From contig NC_092670.1 in the NCBI RefSeq assembly GCF_964355755.1, forward strand, positions 14,246,795 to 14,310,794: a stretch of 64,000 nt of DNA. Direction: 5' to 3'. The stretch is from Antedon mediterranea (taxonomy: Eukaryota; Animalia; Echinodermata). The notes under the pieces were generated by a model, which made no database searches, was not told where the DNA came from, and worked only from the letters and a program-made list of their open reading frames with translations. The stretch's first letter is position 1. Every line of letters begins with the position of its first letter. Shown piece by piece: positions 12,001 through 22,030 of the stretch. The position numbers and the translations under genes are program-made.

Positions 12001-14402
12001 GTAAATGTTTTATTTGTCTATGGTTTTCACTGTGCAAACACATTTAGTTTCTCCCTAATATTCTTTGATCATAAAATAACAGTTTGAATACATTTCTACT
12101 TGTACTGTTCTTGATTACGCTCCGTAGGTGAAAGTACATTTTTTGTTGAGCTGAGCGAAACATCTTCCATCCTACAACACGCAACAACCCATTCATTAGT
12201 GCTACTGGATGAACTCGGCAGAGGGACAGCGACGTATGATGGAACAGCTATTGCCAGTGCCGTTGTCAAAGAGTTAACAGAGAACATCAAATGCAGAACA
12301 CTTTTCTCAACTCATTATCACTCGCTCGTTGAGGATTTTGCACACGATCCAAATATACAATTAGGCCATATGGTAATTTTGGTTTGATGTACCCTTGATT
12401 TCATCAGTTCTCCTTTAAATTGTACATAATTGTCTCGCTTTTTTATAAACTACAAAAGGATCAACGCACCATATACCAACAAATCAACTCGAAACCTTTG
12501 AAATGTGTTGATAATCAAAAACTGGCTGCTCAAAGACTAACTGAGAAAAAAACTATTTGTGCAAATTTTGAGTTTTGTTTTTAGGTAAATAGGTTATTTA
12601 TTATTTGTTCCACTTTTTTTCAGGCTTGTATGGTTGAAAACGAAAATGATGACGACCCTAGTCAAGAGACAATCACATTCCTGTACAAGTTTGTGAAGGG
12701 AGCATGTCCAAAGAGTTATGGGTTTAATGCAGCTAGGCTAGCTAACATCCCAGATGAAGTAAGTACTGCGTCTAACCATTTTGTCACTGGCGGAGAAGGG
12801 TGCAATGGGGTTTGGAAGGGTGTTTTATGATCCCATTTCGCAATTGAGAAAATGACTACTGACAGGCTATTGTATGCGTACAACAGAGAATTGAACATTT
12901 CACGCTTGAATGAATCAAATATTTATCATTTGAGGTTTAGATCCACACAAGATTGTTGTTCCCTGGACATGCACAAAAGCAGTTTCCCTTTGAAGCACAC
13001 AATTTGGCATAAAATGATATTTAAGTACAAAGAAAAAAGAAAACAATTGTATGATTTATTAGAAATTATTGTGTGATTTAAGCTTAAAAGTACTGTCCAC
13101 CATGCAGCTAAATTAATAGTCCAAGTCCTAGGTTATTTTGTGAAAAAAACATTTTGGCACACATTGCGTGCCATACAGATACTTGAGCTGGAATCATTGT
13201 CTAGGCAATGTCACATCCTTTGCTACTTCAATTCCAAGGTACAAAAAAACAAAATGTTTGCCGATGACAACAATTTAAAAAGAAATAATAACTAGAGAGA
13301 TGGGGGCAAGCCTGTGGCGCAGTGTGTTGGACATTGGCAGAGCCATATATAGAGAGAGTTTCGACATTGCGTTCACAGATTTTAGAAAGTCATGTGGTGT
13401 GCACACCGGCCATCTTTGTGTCCAACTATGCTTATATAGCGTATGGAGTCGAATCATTTGCTTAAATATCGTATTTAATATCAAAACAAGTTTTTTGTTA
13501 AGATAATAACAAAATCATAAAGTTACTGAGAACATGATTTTAAACAACAAAATGTAAAAACAATGCATTACTATAGAGAATCGCTGTACAAACTAAACGC
13601 GTAAAGCGTGCATGGAGCGCGTAACCAAAGCCATTCCGAAATTGCTATTTTTTTTTGTTTAAAATCATGTTCGCAGTAACATTATAATTTTTTTATTATT
13701 TTAACAAAAACCTTTAAACAAATTGATTGTTTCGATATTAAATTAGATAATTAAAGCCTTTTGAACGTTATACATTTTCAAAACAAAAAACTCAACTCCA
13801 TACTCTACATAGGAATAGTTGGACACAAACACGGCTTTTAATCCATTCAATGTCGAAACTCTCTCTATATATGGCTCTGGACATTGGATTTGTGATCGTG
13901 AGTTTGAATCCAACTCTCGCCGCATGGCTTGTATTCTTGGGCAAGATATTTTACTTACATTTGTCTCTCTCCACCCAGGTGTATAAATTGGTTAGATCAG
14001 GATACAATTTTGCGCTGATTATTAGCTGCATTATGGGAGTATGTTGCCATACATGTTTGATAAAAAATATGACATGGTAATACTGTGAAGCGCATAGAAG
14101 CATTGTGCAAAAAGCGCTATATAAGAACAAATATATAAGAACAAATATATAAGAACAAATATATAAGAACAAATATATAAGAACAAATATTAATAAATTG
14201 ATAATTACCTTATTATACTTTAATGAGTGTCAACAAAACATAATCTTTTTTACAGATTATTAAGGTTGCCAAGAAAAAAGCCGCAGATTTTGAGGCGTCA
14301 TCTGAACGACTTAAACTATTGAGGGCGCTGAACAGAATCTCAACCTCATGCAAAATAGAAGATTTGATATCAATGAGAAATTCCATAAAACTAACTCATT
14401 AG
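53..14402 (+). CDS. MSH6: DNA mismatch repair protein MSH6 (MutS homolog 6), 3' part; 17 exons in window: 53-204, 768-839, 940-1171, 1633-1702, 1837-1972, 2103-2275, 2644-2742, 3350-3520, 8967-9057, 9453-9608, 10206-10438, 10922-11048, 11394-11492, 11796-12000, 12128-12372, 12624-12758, 14256-14402 (TAG)
   Basis: All exons are bounded by AG/GT and join in frame. Translation gives MSH6-type motifs: [79 protein letters not shown], Walker [32 protein letters not shown], Walker [44 protein letters not shown]. Confidence 0.96.
2297..2457. mobile_element. Short PIF/Harbinger-like MITE (about 150-190 bp); other copies at 9813-10007, 14415-14554, 25056-25161 (partial) and 58505-58647
   Basis: TIR about AGC(T/G)CTGTCTACACTATCAAACT ... 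AGTTTGATAGTGTAGACAGAGCT, flanked by TAA/TTA. Shared core GACATGATGATGTCATATCACTACCAT, with a variable number of internal ~21-bp subrepeats. Confidence 0.8.
2973..3047. repeat. Short G-rich tandem repeat (GGGCATATCCCCATGG-like, about 4 copies)
   Basis: Directly visible repeated GCATATCCCCATGGGG motif. Confidence 0.6.
3914..4818. mobile_element. Non-autonomous TIR element, probably PIF/Harbinger-like
   Basis: Imperfect TIRs TTAGATCCCATTTACACTT ... AAGGGTAAAGGGGTCTTA and repeated AGTGTAAAC subterminal motifs. Confidence 0.5.
5553..5750 (+). mobile_element. tRNA-derived SINE; second copy on the - strand at about 55030-55242
   Basis: A-box-like head TGGCCAAGCGGTTAAGAC. Shares GGTGGTAGAA..AGGACTATAAA..GTGCACT..AAAGAA..ACGAGTAGG..GTTACC..AGTGTACTA with the reverse complement of 55030-55242. 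The GGATAAGGACTATAAA core resembles Nin-type central domains (from memory, unverified). Confidence 0.7.
5945..6215 (-). pseudogene. Degenerate Myb/SANT-like (trihelix) DNA-binding ORF inside a Harbinger-type element (element about 5757-6527)
   Basis: Minus strand reads KMWSED...[63 protein letters not shown]. The element ends in ...GGCAGCAGAAACAGGGCC-TTA, with many AAAATACGGTAT subterminal repeats. Confidence 0.65.
6528..8465. repeat. Intronic tandem duplication, ~565-590 bp unit, about 2.6 copies (units start near 6528, 7092, 7679)
   Basis: TTAGATGGAACA...AAAGGCGTATG...AACCTTTACAAAC recurs at each unit start. The third unit is interrupted at 7735-8137. Confidence 0.9.
7735..8137. mobile_element. 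MITE inserted in the third tandem unit (possible 9-bp TSD, MULE-like)
   Basis: TIR CGCCGTGGCT / AGCCACAGCG, flanked by TTTTTTAAA on both sides, and absent from units 1 and 2. Confidence 0.65.
8582..8930. mobile_element. Kolobok-like TTAA MITE (same family as 62177-62490; partial inverted copy at about 2462-2578)
   Basis: Ends GGGGACAATACATCT-TTAA; internal similarity to 62177-62490. Confidence 0.65.
9261..9405. repeat. Minisatellite, ~26-bp unit AGATAAAACAAAAAACTAACAGACTT, about 5.5 copies
   Basis: Directly visible tandem copies. Confidence 0.9.
13300..14190 (+). mobile_element. tRNA-derived SINE with L2-like tail and (TATATAAGAACAAA)n end, split by a foldback MITE
   Basis: Head TGGCGCAGTG..GGAC; B-box-like GAGTTTGAATCC after the insert; CTTGGGCAAGA..CTCTCCACCCAGGTGTATAAA body; TGTGAAGCGC..AGCGCTATATAAG tail. 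Confidence 0.7.
13338..13879. mobile_element. Foldback MITE with 8-bp TSD (P- or hAT-type)
   Basis: TIR CAGAGCCATATATAGAGAGAGTTTCGACATTG / CAATGTCGAAACTCTCTCTATATATGGCTCTG; TSD GACATTGG at 13330-13337 and 13880-13887; imperfect inverted arms of about 200 bp. Confidence 0.85.
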
Positions 14403-14755
14403 AACCTGATTCTAGGGCTGTCTACACTATCAAACTAGTTTGACAAAAAAAAAAGTGTGATGTGCCAAATATGTTAGTTCTATGACATCATCATATCTAT
14501 ATATTGGTACATCACATTTGGTTGTCAGATAAACTTTAATAGTGTAGACAGAGCGTCAATGCTGACAATATTTGTCCAGTATCATAGGCAAATTTTTTTC
14601 TACAGCATCTCATTGTGTCACATGTGATACATGTATCATGGAAAGACATGGTCTGTGATACAGGTATCAAATGTCAGACAGAGAATCAACTTACTAAGAA
14701 TTACCTGGAGGGTTTTTTTTTCGACCAGGAACATCAGTCCCTGAATTAACTTTTG

Positions 14756-15335
14756 TTTTTGATAATGAATACATGAAAGTAAGGCGTTTTTGATAATGAA
14801 CACATGGAAGTAAGGCGTTTTTTATAATGAACATATGGAAGTATGGTGTTTTTGATATTGAACACATGGAAGTAAGGCGTTTTTAATAATAAACACATAG
14901 GAGTAGGCTGTTTTTGATATTGAACATATGGAAGTTAGGTGTTTTTAATAATGAGCACAATAAAGAAGGGCGTTTTTGATAATGAACACATTGAAGTATG
15001 GTGTTGTTGATAAGCACATTAAAGAAGGGCGTTTTTGATAATGAACACATGAAAGTCGGGTGTTTTTTATAATAAACGCATGGAAGTATGGTGTTTTTGA
15101 TAATGGAACACATAAAAGTAGGCTGTTTTTGATAATGATCACATGAAAGTAGGCTGTTTTTGATAATGAACATATGGAAGTACTGTATGGTGTTTTTTAT
15201 ATTGAACACATGGAATTAAGGCGTTTTTGATAATGAACACATAGAAGTATGATGTTTTTGATAATGTGCACATGAAAGTTGGGTGTTTTTTATAATGAGA
15301 AAATGACGAAAGTAGGGCGTTTTTGATAATGAACA
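14756..15335. repeat. Minisatellite, ~31-bp unit GTTTTTGATAATGAACACATGGAAGTAAGGC, about 18-19 diverged copies
   Basis: Directly visible tandem copies downstream of the MSH6 stop codon. Confidence 0.92.
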
Positions 15336-15617
15336 AAACCGTAAAAGCAATCAGTGGGTGCTACTTTTGTATTCATCTTTTATAATTTACTTGTTGTTGA
15401 CATTTCGTTAATTTGTTTACCCATAGAGATATTGTGCTACTACTGTACTTAAAATATGTGTCAATCCTCACTACATTCTTTTCAAAAATTTATTATCTCT
15501 TCTCAGTGGGGTCACCAGTTCACATTAGTTGAATTTGTCTACACAATTTGAGAGTTTCATTAAGAAACATGAAAATACTTTATCACACATGCAGCTAATA
15601 CTAATGATAAATTTAAC

Positions 15618-15623
15618 AATAAA
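15618..15623 (+). promoter_or_regulatory. Candidate MSH6 polyadenylation signal
   Basis: First AATAAA I noticed after the stop codon outside the minisatellite, followed by a T/GT-rich tract. Confidence 0.4.
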
Positions 15624-15692
15624 TGGTATGCTTTTTACATACAAATTGACTTTTTTGTTGTTGAAATAATGTGTATGGATTGTCAAACACAA

Positions 15693-15995
15693 CAACGTTG
15701 GGCCTGGTTAGAGCTTGGATGGGAGACCATCTGGGAATAGCGGGTGCTGTATACGGAACTGGGGTCCCGTTAGGCATTTGAAATCAGCACTGCTGACTCT
15801 TATGGCAGCCCCTGCATCTAGTATCTGCCTCAGACCTCTGGTCAATGTGGGCACTGGACGAGAGAAGCCCCTGATCAATGTCAGGACCAATCAAGGTGTT
15901 TTAAACAGTCCTGGCTTTGTTTGTATCAAACCTGTTAGTATCGGTAATTATCGCTGTTGGTTTCGATTGAATAAAATAAAATTAAAATAAAAATA
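15693..15995 (+). mobile_element. 5S rRNA-derived SINE (SINE3-type), 5'-truncated
   Basis: 15699-15751 GGGCCTGGTTAGAGCTTGGATGGGAGACCATCTGGGAATAGCGGGTGCTGTA matches the 3' half of eukaryotic 5S rRNA (intermediate element and C box). It is followed by about 220 bp of non-5S body and an (AAAAT)n tail rather than an oligo-T terminator. Confidence 0.8.
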
Positions 15996-16425
15996 CCACA
16001 AAGTTAACGACGACAAGCTAAATTCATACTTTATTATCAACACAACAATGACCTGTTACAAATGCATCTTATACAATCACCCCATATGTATCAGCAGTAT
16101 ACAATGGATAAAAGCTTTTATATCGATATGCATTTTATAAGCAATTCTTATGTATTGTTCACACAGATGCGAATAATAATAGTACCAACATACAGTCTGC
16201 CAACATAGTGTTTTTAACAAAATAAAATGTTCGTATTCGTTCAATCACCTGAGAGGAGAATATTTTTATGAGTTATGAAAGTTCTGAATTTGTATAGTAC
16301 AGTATATCTATTTTTTATATATCATGCCAGTTTCAAATTTATTTCCATTTTACTACTCTGGACAAGTAAATAGTATCAGTATCAGATCAGCGCTCCCCAT
16401 CGCCCTACATTCACATTTGTATTTA

Positions 16426-17311
16426 CTGTCGCACTTTGTAATACGCACTTTGTAATAACATGTCGCACTTTGTAATAACATGTCGCACTTTGTAATAACA
16501 TGTCGCACTTTGTAATAACATGTCGCACTTTGTAATAACATGTCGCACTTTGTAATAACATGTCGCACTTTGTAATAACATGTCGCACTTTGTAATAACA
16601 TGTCGCACTTTGTAATAACATGTCGCACTTTGTAATAACATGTCGCACTTTGTAATAACATGTCGCACTTTGTAATAACATGTCGCACTTTGTAATAACA
16701 TGTCGCACTTTGTAATAACATGTCGCACTTTGTAATAACATGTCGCACTTTGTAATAACATGTCGCACTTTGTAATAACATGTCGCACTTTGTAATAACA
16801 ACATGTCGCACTTTGTAATAACATGTCGCACTTTGTAATAACCTGTCGCACTTTACAATAACATGTCGCATTTTGTAATAACCTGTCGCATTTCGCAATA
16901 ACATGTCGCACCTTTTTAATAACATGTCGCACTTTGTAATAACCTGTCGCACTTTACAATAACATGTCGCATTTTGTAATAACCTGTCGCATTTCGCAAT
17001 AACATGTCGCATTTTGTAATAACCTGTCGCATTTCGCAATAACATGTCGCACCTTTTTAATAACATGTCATACTTTGTAATAACCTGTCGCACTTTGTAA
17101 TAACATGTCGCACTTTGTAATAACCTGTCGCACTTTGTAATAACCTGTCGCATTTTGCAATAACATGTCGCATTTTGTAATAACCTGTCGCATTTCGCAA
17201 TAACATGTCGCACCTTTTTAATAACATGTCGCACTTCGTAATAACATGTCGCACTTTTTAATAACCTGTCGCACTTTGTAATAACCTGTCGCACTTTGTA
17301 ATACATGTCGC
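16426..17311. repeat. Satellite, 20-bp unit TGTCGCACTTTGTAATAACA, about 44 copies
   Basis: Perfect copies at about 16446-16800 and diverged variants at 16800-17311. Confidence 0.97.
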
Positions 17312-17563
17312 AGTTTTCTTAAGTGAGCTACACTGTCCGTCGACATAATTTTGTAATGGCCATGTTATTTCATTTTTCAGTCAAAGAAATCCATTCTTGA
17401 CCTTTCCACATGGTTAGATAGATGCGCCATAATACAGTTTTTTATTACCGTGTTTTGGTTTCAATATGTGTAGGTTTACTACCTTTTAGTCTTTATTACA
17501 AAACTCGAACTTCTGTGGTACCGATACCGTTGTTCTCATAGAGACGTGTCCACACTGTACACC

Positions 17564-20500
17564 ATGAGTATTTTAACTGACTTCATTGAAAATTACAGCA
17601 CATTTCTTGTATTCAGCGCGATTTTTCTAGCGTTATACTTTCGACAGCGTTCAATAAACGCGTTTCCACCAGGACCAACTCCACTGCCTTTAGTCGGCAA
17701 TGTGCTATCGTACGGAAAGCAGCCTTTTAAGACGATAACCAAATGGGTTGAAAAATACGGCGATATTATTACACTGTATCAAGGACCTTTTAGGAAAGTG
17801 ATTTGGATCAACGATGCTAAACTCGGCATTGATTTGTTTCAGAAACAACCAGACATTTTTTCAGAACGCCGCCCTATTCCGTTTATGGTAGCATTGATAA
17901 ACCCTGAGGGTGAGTAGGCCTATTTTGTTCCATTAGACCGTCAGCTGTAAATCTTATTTATAAATGCATATCAATTTTATATCCAATGAGCATAGCTTGT
18001 TTCGAATGTAATAATAAATTCAATTTGATAGTGCACAATGCAGGACGCCTCTAAGTGCTGAACAATCAAAAGAACATATTTGTGCAAACAAATAAAAATA
18101 TAGGCCTAAATTTACTTTATGCAAAAAACACATTTCAGGCTTTGTAGATATAACCGTTTTAACGTGTATATATATATACACTTGGATTTTACTATACGCG
18201 TTATCATCGGTTGTTTGTTGTGTAGACATGCATTCAATTCAACAATTATTTCGACCAAAATCAAACATCAATATATATTTGAAAAAGTATCATTTGGTCT
18301 AGGGACGACATTATAGAGACCCAAGTCCTTAACCGTCGCCCCTCTTCATAGACACAATCCATACATCATTTTATTTTTCCTTCTTAACTGTTTCAATAAC
18401 GTCTTTGTCTAGAGTACATTTACACAGCAAGTTTTAGTCTTTGTTTTAGGGTATATTCACACAGTATCACTATTATTGTACGCCTATTTAGGCCTATACT
18501 CTTGAGTGAATAACGCTTGTCCCCAATAACGTGTTTTTAGCTTGTAATTTATGTTGTAATCCAATTTTTTTATGTTTTCGTACAAAAATACGAACATTTG
18601 AGTATTGTTGCTTCTGTATATTGTGTTCGAATAAGTAAAATGTTGACAAAGTGAGTCGAATTGTCGACAGCAAGTTAAAGATAATCCCATACTCATGTGG
18701 CATGATTAGGCATTCTTACATTTCACAGAAACTATAAAAAAAATAGTTGAAAATAAATAAAACTAGAGAGGTAACTGACACATAACTAAATATCACTTCC
18801 GATTCTTCAAAAAGTAAATGGTTATTCGTTTTTTTATTCTTGTAGAAGTAATATAATTTCTTGTATAAGTAACATAACAATAGTTAAGTCAGATACAATA
18901 ACACTGTTATTTTGACTCAGCTTTGCAATTTCATAACGAAAATAAGTGCATAACAAAGAATAACAACAACCAATATACAAACACGTAATTTTTTTATTAG
19001 GGCCCGGGTTGAAGATGTCATAGAGGAACCGTTGTTTTGTTATACTCGTGATTTACAATAGCCCTATTTATGCGCGCTCCTTTAAATTGTTATGTGGTTG
19101 CGCACGTCGTCCTACTTAAACACAACGTAAGGACAACGTAAACGTACACTTCAATTCATTTGACCAATCACAACACCATGTATCACTCACTAACTACCGT
19201 ATCTGTCGCGTGGGATTGGTCAACTCACTTTGCGTTTTACGTCCAAGTGGGAACTAAGCTTAAAACTCCAATTCATTATAGGCCTACACTGCCACACTAT
19301 CTATCACTTACTTCATCATTAGGGCCAAAAACGAAAGATATTGTTTTTGGAGGTGAATGGCCTTCTTCTTCTGAGGCCTATATTGTTATGCTGGGTCTGC
19401 CTGTTTCTGTTCTGTTTCTAATTATTTGTTATGTCTTTAAACACAGGAAGTATTGTTTGGGAAAATGGTCCTGCCTGGAAAGCTAGAAGACGATGGATTA
19501 TCAGTGCATTGCGCCATTTTGGAATGGGAAAACGAAGCATGGAAGTTCAGATAAATAGAGAGGCAACTACGTTTTGCCAAGAAGCCGCTGAGTACAAATC
19601 GAAACCATTTGATCCTGAGCATATTGTCAACTGTGCTGTCACCAATATAATATGCTCTATTGCGTTTGGAAGACGTTATGAATACCAAGACCCTGAATTT
19701 GTCGAGTTATTGAAAAATTTACTTGCTTTCTTCCGACAGTGCAATATAAAGAGCATCGAAATGCACCTCCCATTCATAATGTCATTTCCTATGTTTAAAT
19801 ACAAGACCCTTTCGGCCAAACATATCGTTGAGTTTACCAAGAAGCAGGTAAAACAACATGTAGAAACATTTGATCTTGAAAACATTAGGGACGTAACAGA
19901 CAGGCTGTTAGCGGAGCGAGAGACCTGTAGTGATGACGAAAAAGCGTTCTTTGACCCAGACGTTATGTGCTCATCCATAACGACGATATTTTTAGCAGGA
20001 GCTGAGACGACTTCCAGCACACTGAAATGGTTCATTTTATTCATGGCTGCTTATCAGAATGTACAAGCTAAAGTATGTATCAACTTGATGTACAATAAAC
20101 CAATGTGCTTGTGTAGGCCTACTTACTTGGTTTGTAATTCTAAATAATGAGAGTTGTAGGCCTACTGTCCACAGTTAACCAAATATTTCGAAAATTGTAT
20201 ACTGGTGAATAAAGACTAGTAAAGTTAAACTTGCGGCCCACCATGCGTTTCTTCTTTTCCTCCAGTAAGACGATTTTAACATAAAGACGGAAACGTCAAG
20301 ATATTCTAAGCCATACTTTTTTTTTCTTTTTGGAAACACACCAGAAAATCTAACTGCCATTGATTTGACATTTGATATTTGCGTTCATGCGTGTCTAGCA
20401 CATTACAAATTAAATCAAAAACAGTATTCTTTTCATTCTAACATACTCAGTTCGCAAACAAGTACAATGCAGTGACAAGTAACATTAAGTGGTACTCAAA

Positions 20501-22030
20501 TTTACAACATCGTGACCTGACATAACATACCCTCCGGTACCAGTACTGAACAATTGGAATCTCTTGCCACGTATTATTTTAATGTATGCATTCCATAACC
20601 ATTATTAAAAGTTAATCTGCACACTGAAGAGAATACTGGCGCATTCAATACAAAAAAAGTGAGCTAAATAAAAGCTTGTAACATGTGTTCCTAAAGAAAT
20701 TCCTTATGGGAAATAATAATGTTAGATATGATCGCTTTCAGGTACATGAGGAAATTGATCGTGTGTTAGAGGGTAGAAGCCCAACGATGACAGATCGACA
20801 ACTCTTGCCATATTTAGAAGCTACCACTTATGAGGTGCAAAGGTTGGGCAACGTATTAGGCACTACAATCCCTCATGGAACAGCAGAAGAGTGCACTATA
20901 AAAGGATACAAAATTCCAAAAGGAACCACCATACTCTTGAATCTTTATAGAATTCACAGAGATCCAAAATATTGGGATGACCCTTTGTTGTTTAACCCTT
21001 TACGGTTTTTTAAAGAGGATAGTCAGACAGTACACAAGCCAGAATCGTTCATGCCGTTTGGAATAGGTTTGTATATAGCTGTTTTATTGTTTTGCTTTAT
21101 TGTACACTTTTAAAATAGGTGTCAAGTATAAATGTAGAGGGCCTAACCTAAATTATGGTTCTTGATTTGTCTTCAATAGTGCTAATATTGTATGCAAACT
21201 TTTTCCCATCGTGTAAAAACAGAAGCATCAATAAATACATGGTTCATAATCGCAGGATAGCAATACGTAACCCTGATAACGAAAACCTACATTTTAAAAT
21301 GACAAAAACTGGCATTGTTTGGTTCGAATCAAACTCAGCTTTTGCTACAGTACCAACTATTGCCATGTCCATGCGTCATACGTCTCTAATAACTACAGGC
21401 GTATGAAAAACCCAAGGAAATAACAATGACGCCTTTGAGCTATTTATTCATTCATATGTATAAAATTATAAAATATTGTTTACATGATATACCTATATTA
21501 TTATTATTTTTTGTATATATGTGTATATATATATATAAACACAGCAGGCAAAGAACATTAATTCTAAACCGCCCGGTGATATACTGAAATGTAATTAATT
21601 AATTTGAAAGGATAAAGATGAGGAAATTTGTGAGAATGAGAAAAAGTCGCCCCAAACGAGACTCGAACTCGGACCGTCTGCTTGATATGCAGTTGCCCTA
21701 ACCATTGTGTGTATATATATCTATATATCTATATTTTATCCTGTAATTGGTGTATGTTGGATGTGAAAGAATAAAATGCACAAAAAAATAACATAATATT
21801 ATTGATACATATTTGCTTATCTTTCTATATCATTATTTTATTTTATAGGAAGAAGAGCCTGTCTTGGTGAAAATTTGGCTAAAATGGAGATATTTATTTT
21901 CATGGTAAACTTCTTTCAAAAGTTTAAAGTTGAAATACCAGCAGGCCATCCACAGCCTGACGTTGAACCTGAGATTGGACTTACATTCAGTCCAAAACCA
22001 TTTCAAGTATGCGTCAATGCACGTGGATAG
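17564..22030 (+). CDS. Cytochrome P450, CYP2 clan (CYP2J/2U-like), 492 aa; exons 17564-17909, 19447-20072, 20742-21066, 21849-22030
   Basis: N-terminal TM anchor, PPGPTPLPLVGN hinge, WKARR C-helix, LRHFGMGKRSME, I-helix AGAETT, K-helix EVQR, PLRF (PERF-like) and heme motif FGIG|RRACLG split by intron 3. The exons sum to 1479 nt, i.e. 493 codons including TAG. Confidence 0.95.
19085..19262. mobile_element. MITE fragment; related copy at about 24170-24315
   Basis: Shared AGCTT(A/G)GTTC(C/T)CACTTGG end and GATTGGTCAA/TTGCGTT motifs, in opposite orientation. Confidence 0.45.
21540..21706 (-). mobile_element. tRNA-like (Pol III) repeat fragment embedded between (TA)n tracts
   Basis: Minus strand AATGGTTAGGGCAACTGCATATCAAGCAGACGGTCCGAGTTCGAGTCTCG..TTTTT has A/B-box-like motifs; the 5' acceptor stem is missing. 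Confidence 0.55.

Noticed and set aside
14883-15336. Minus-strand ORFs over the 31-bp array
   Set aside because: Translations of a minisatellite.
15699-15751. Functional 5S rRNA gene
   Set aside because: The 5' half including box A is missing, there are substitutions, and there is no oligo-T terminator; better explained as a SINE3 head.
16353-17306. 317-aa Cys/Tyr/Lys-rich ORF and overlapping ORFs on the - strand
   Set aside because: Artefact of a 20-bp satellite that has no stop codon on that strand; all three frames give the same periodic peptide.
21645-21706. Functional tRNA gene
   Set aside because: The 5' acceptor strand is absent and the stems are imperfect; treated as a repeat-derived tRNA-like sequence.
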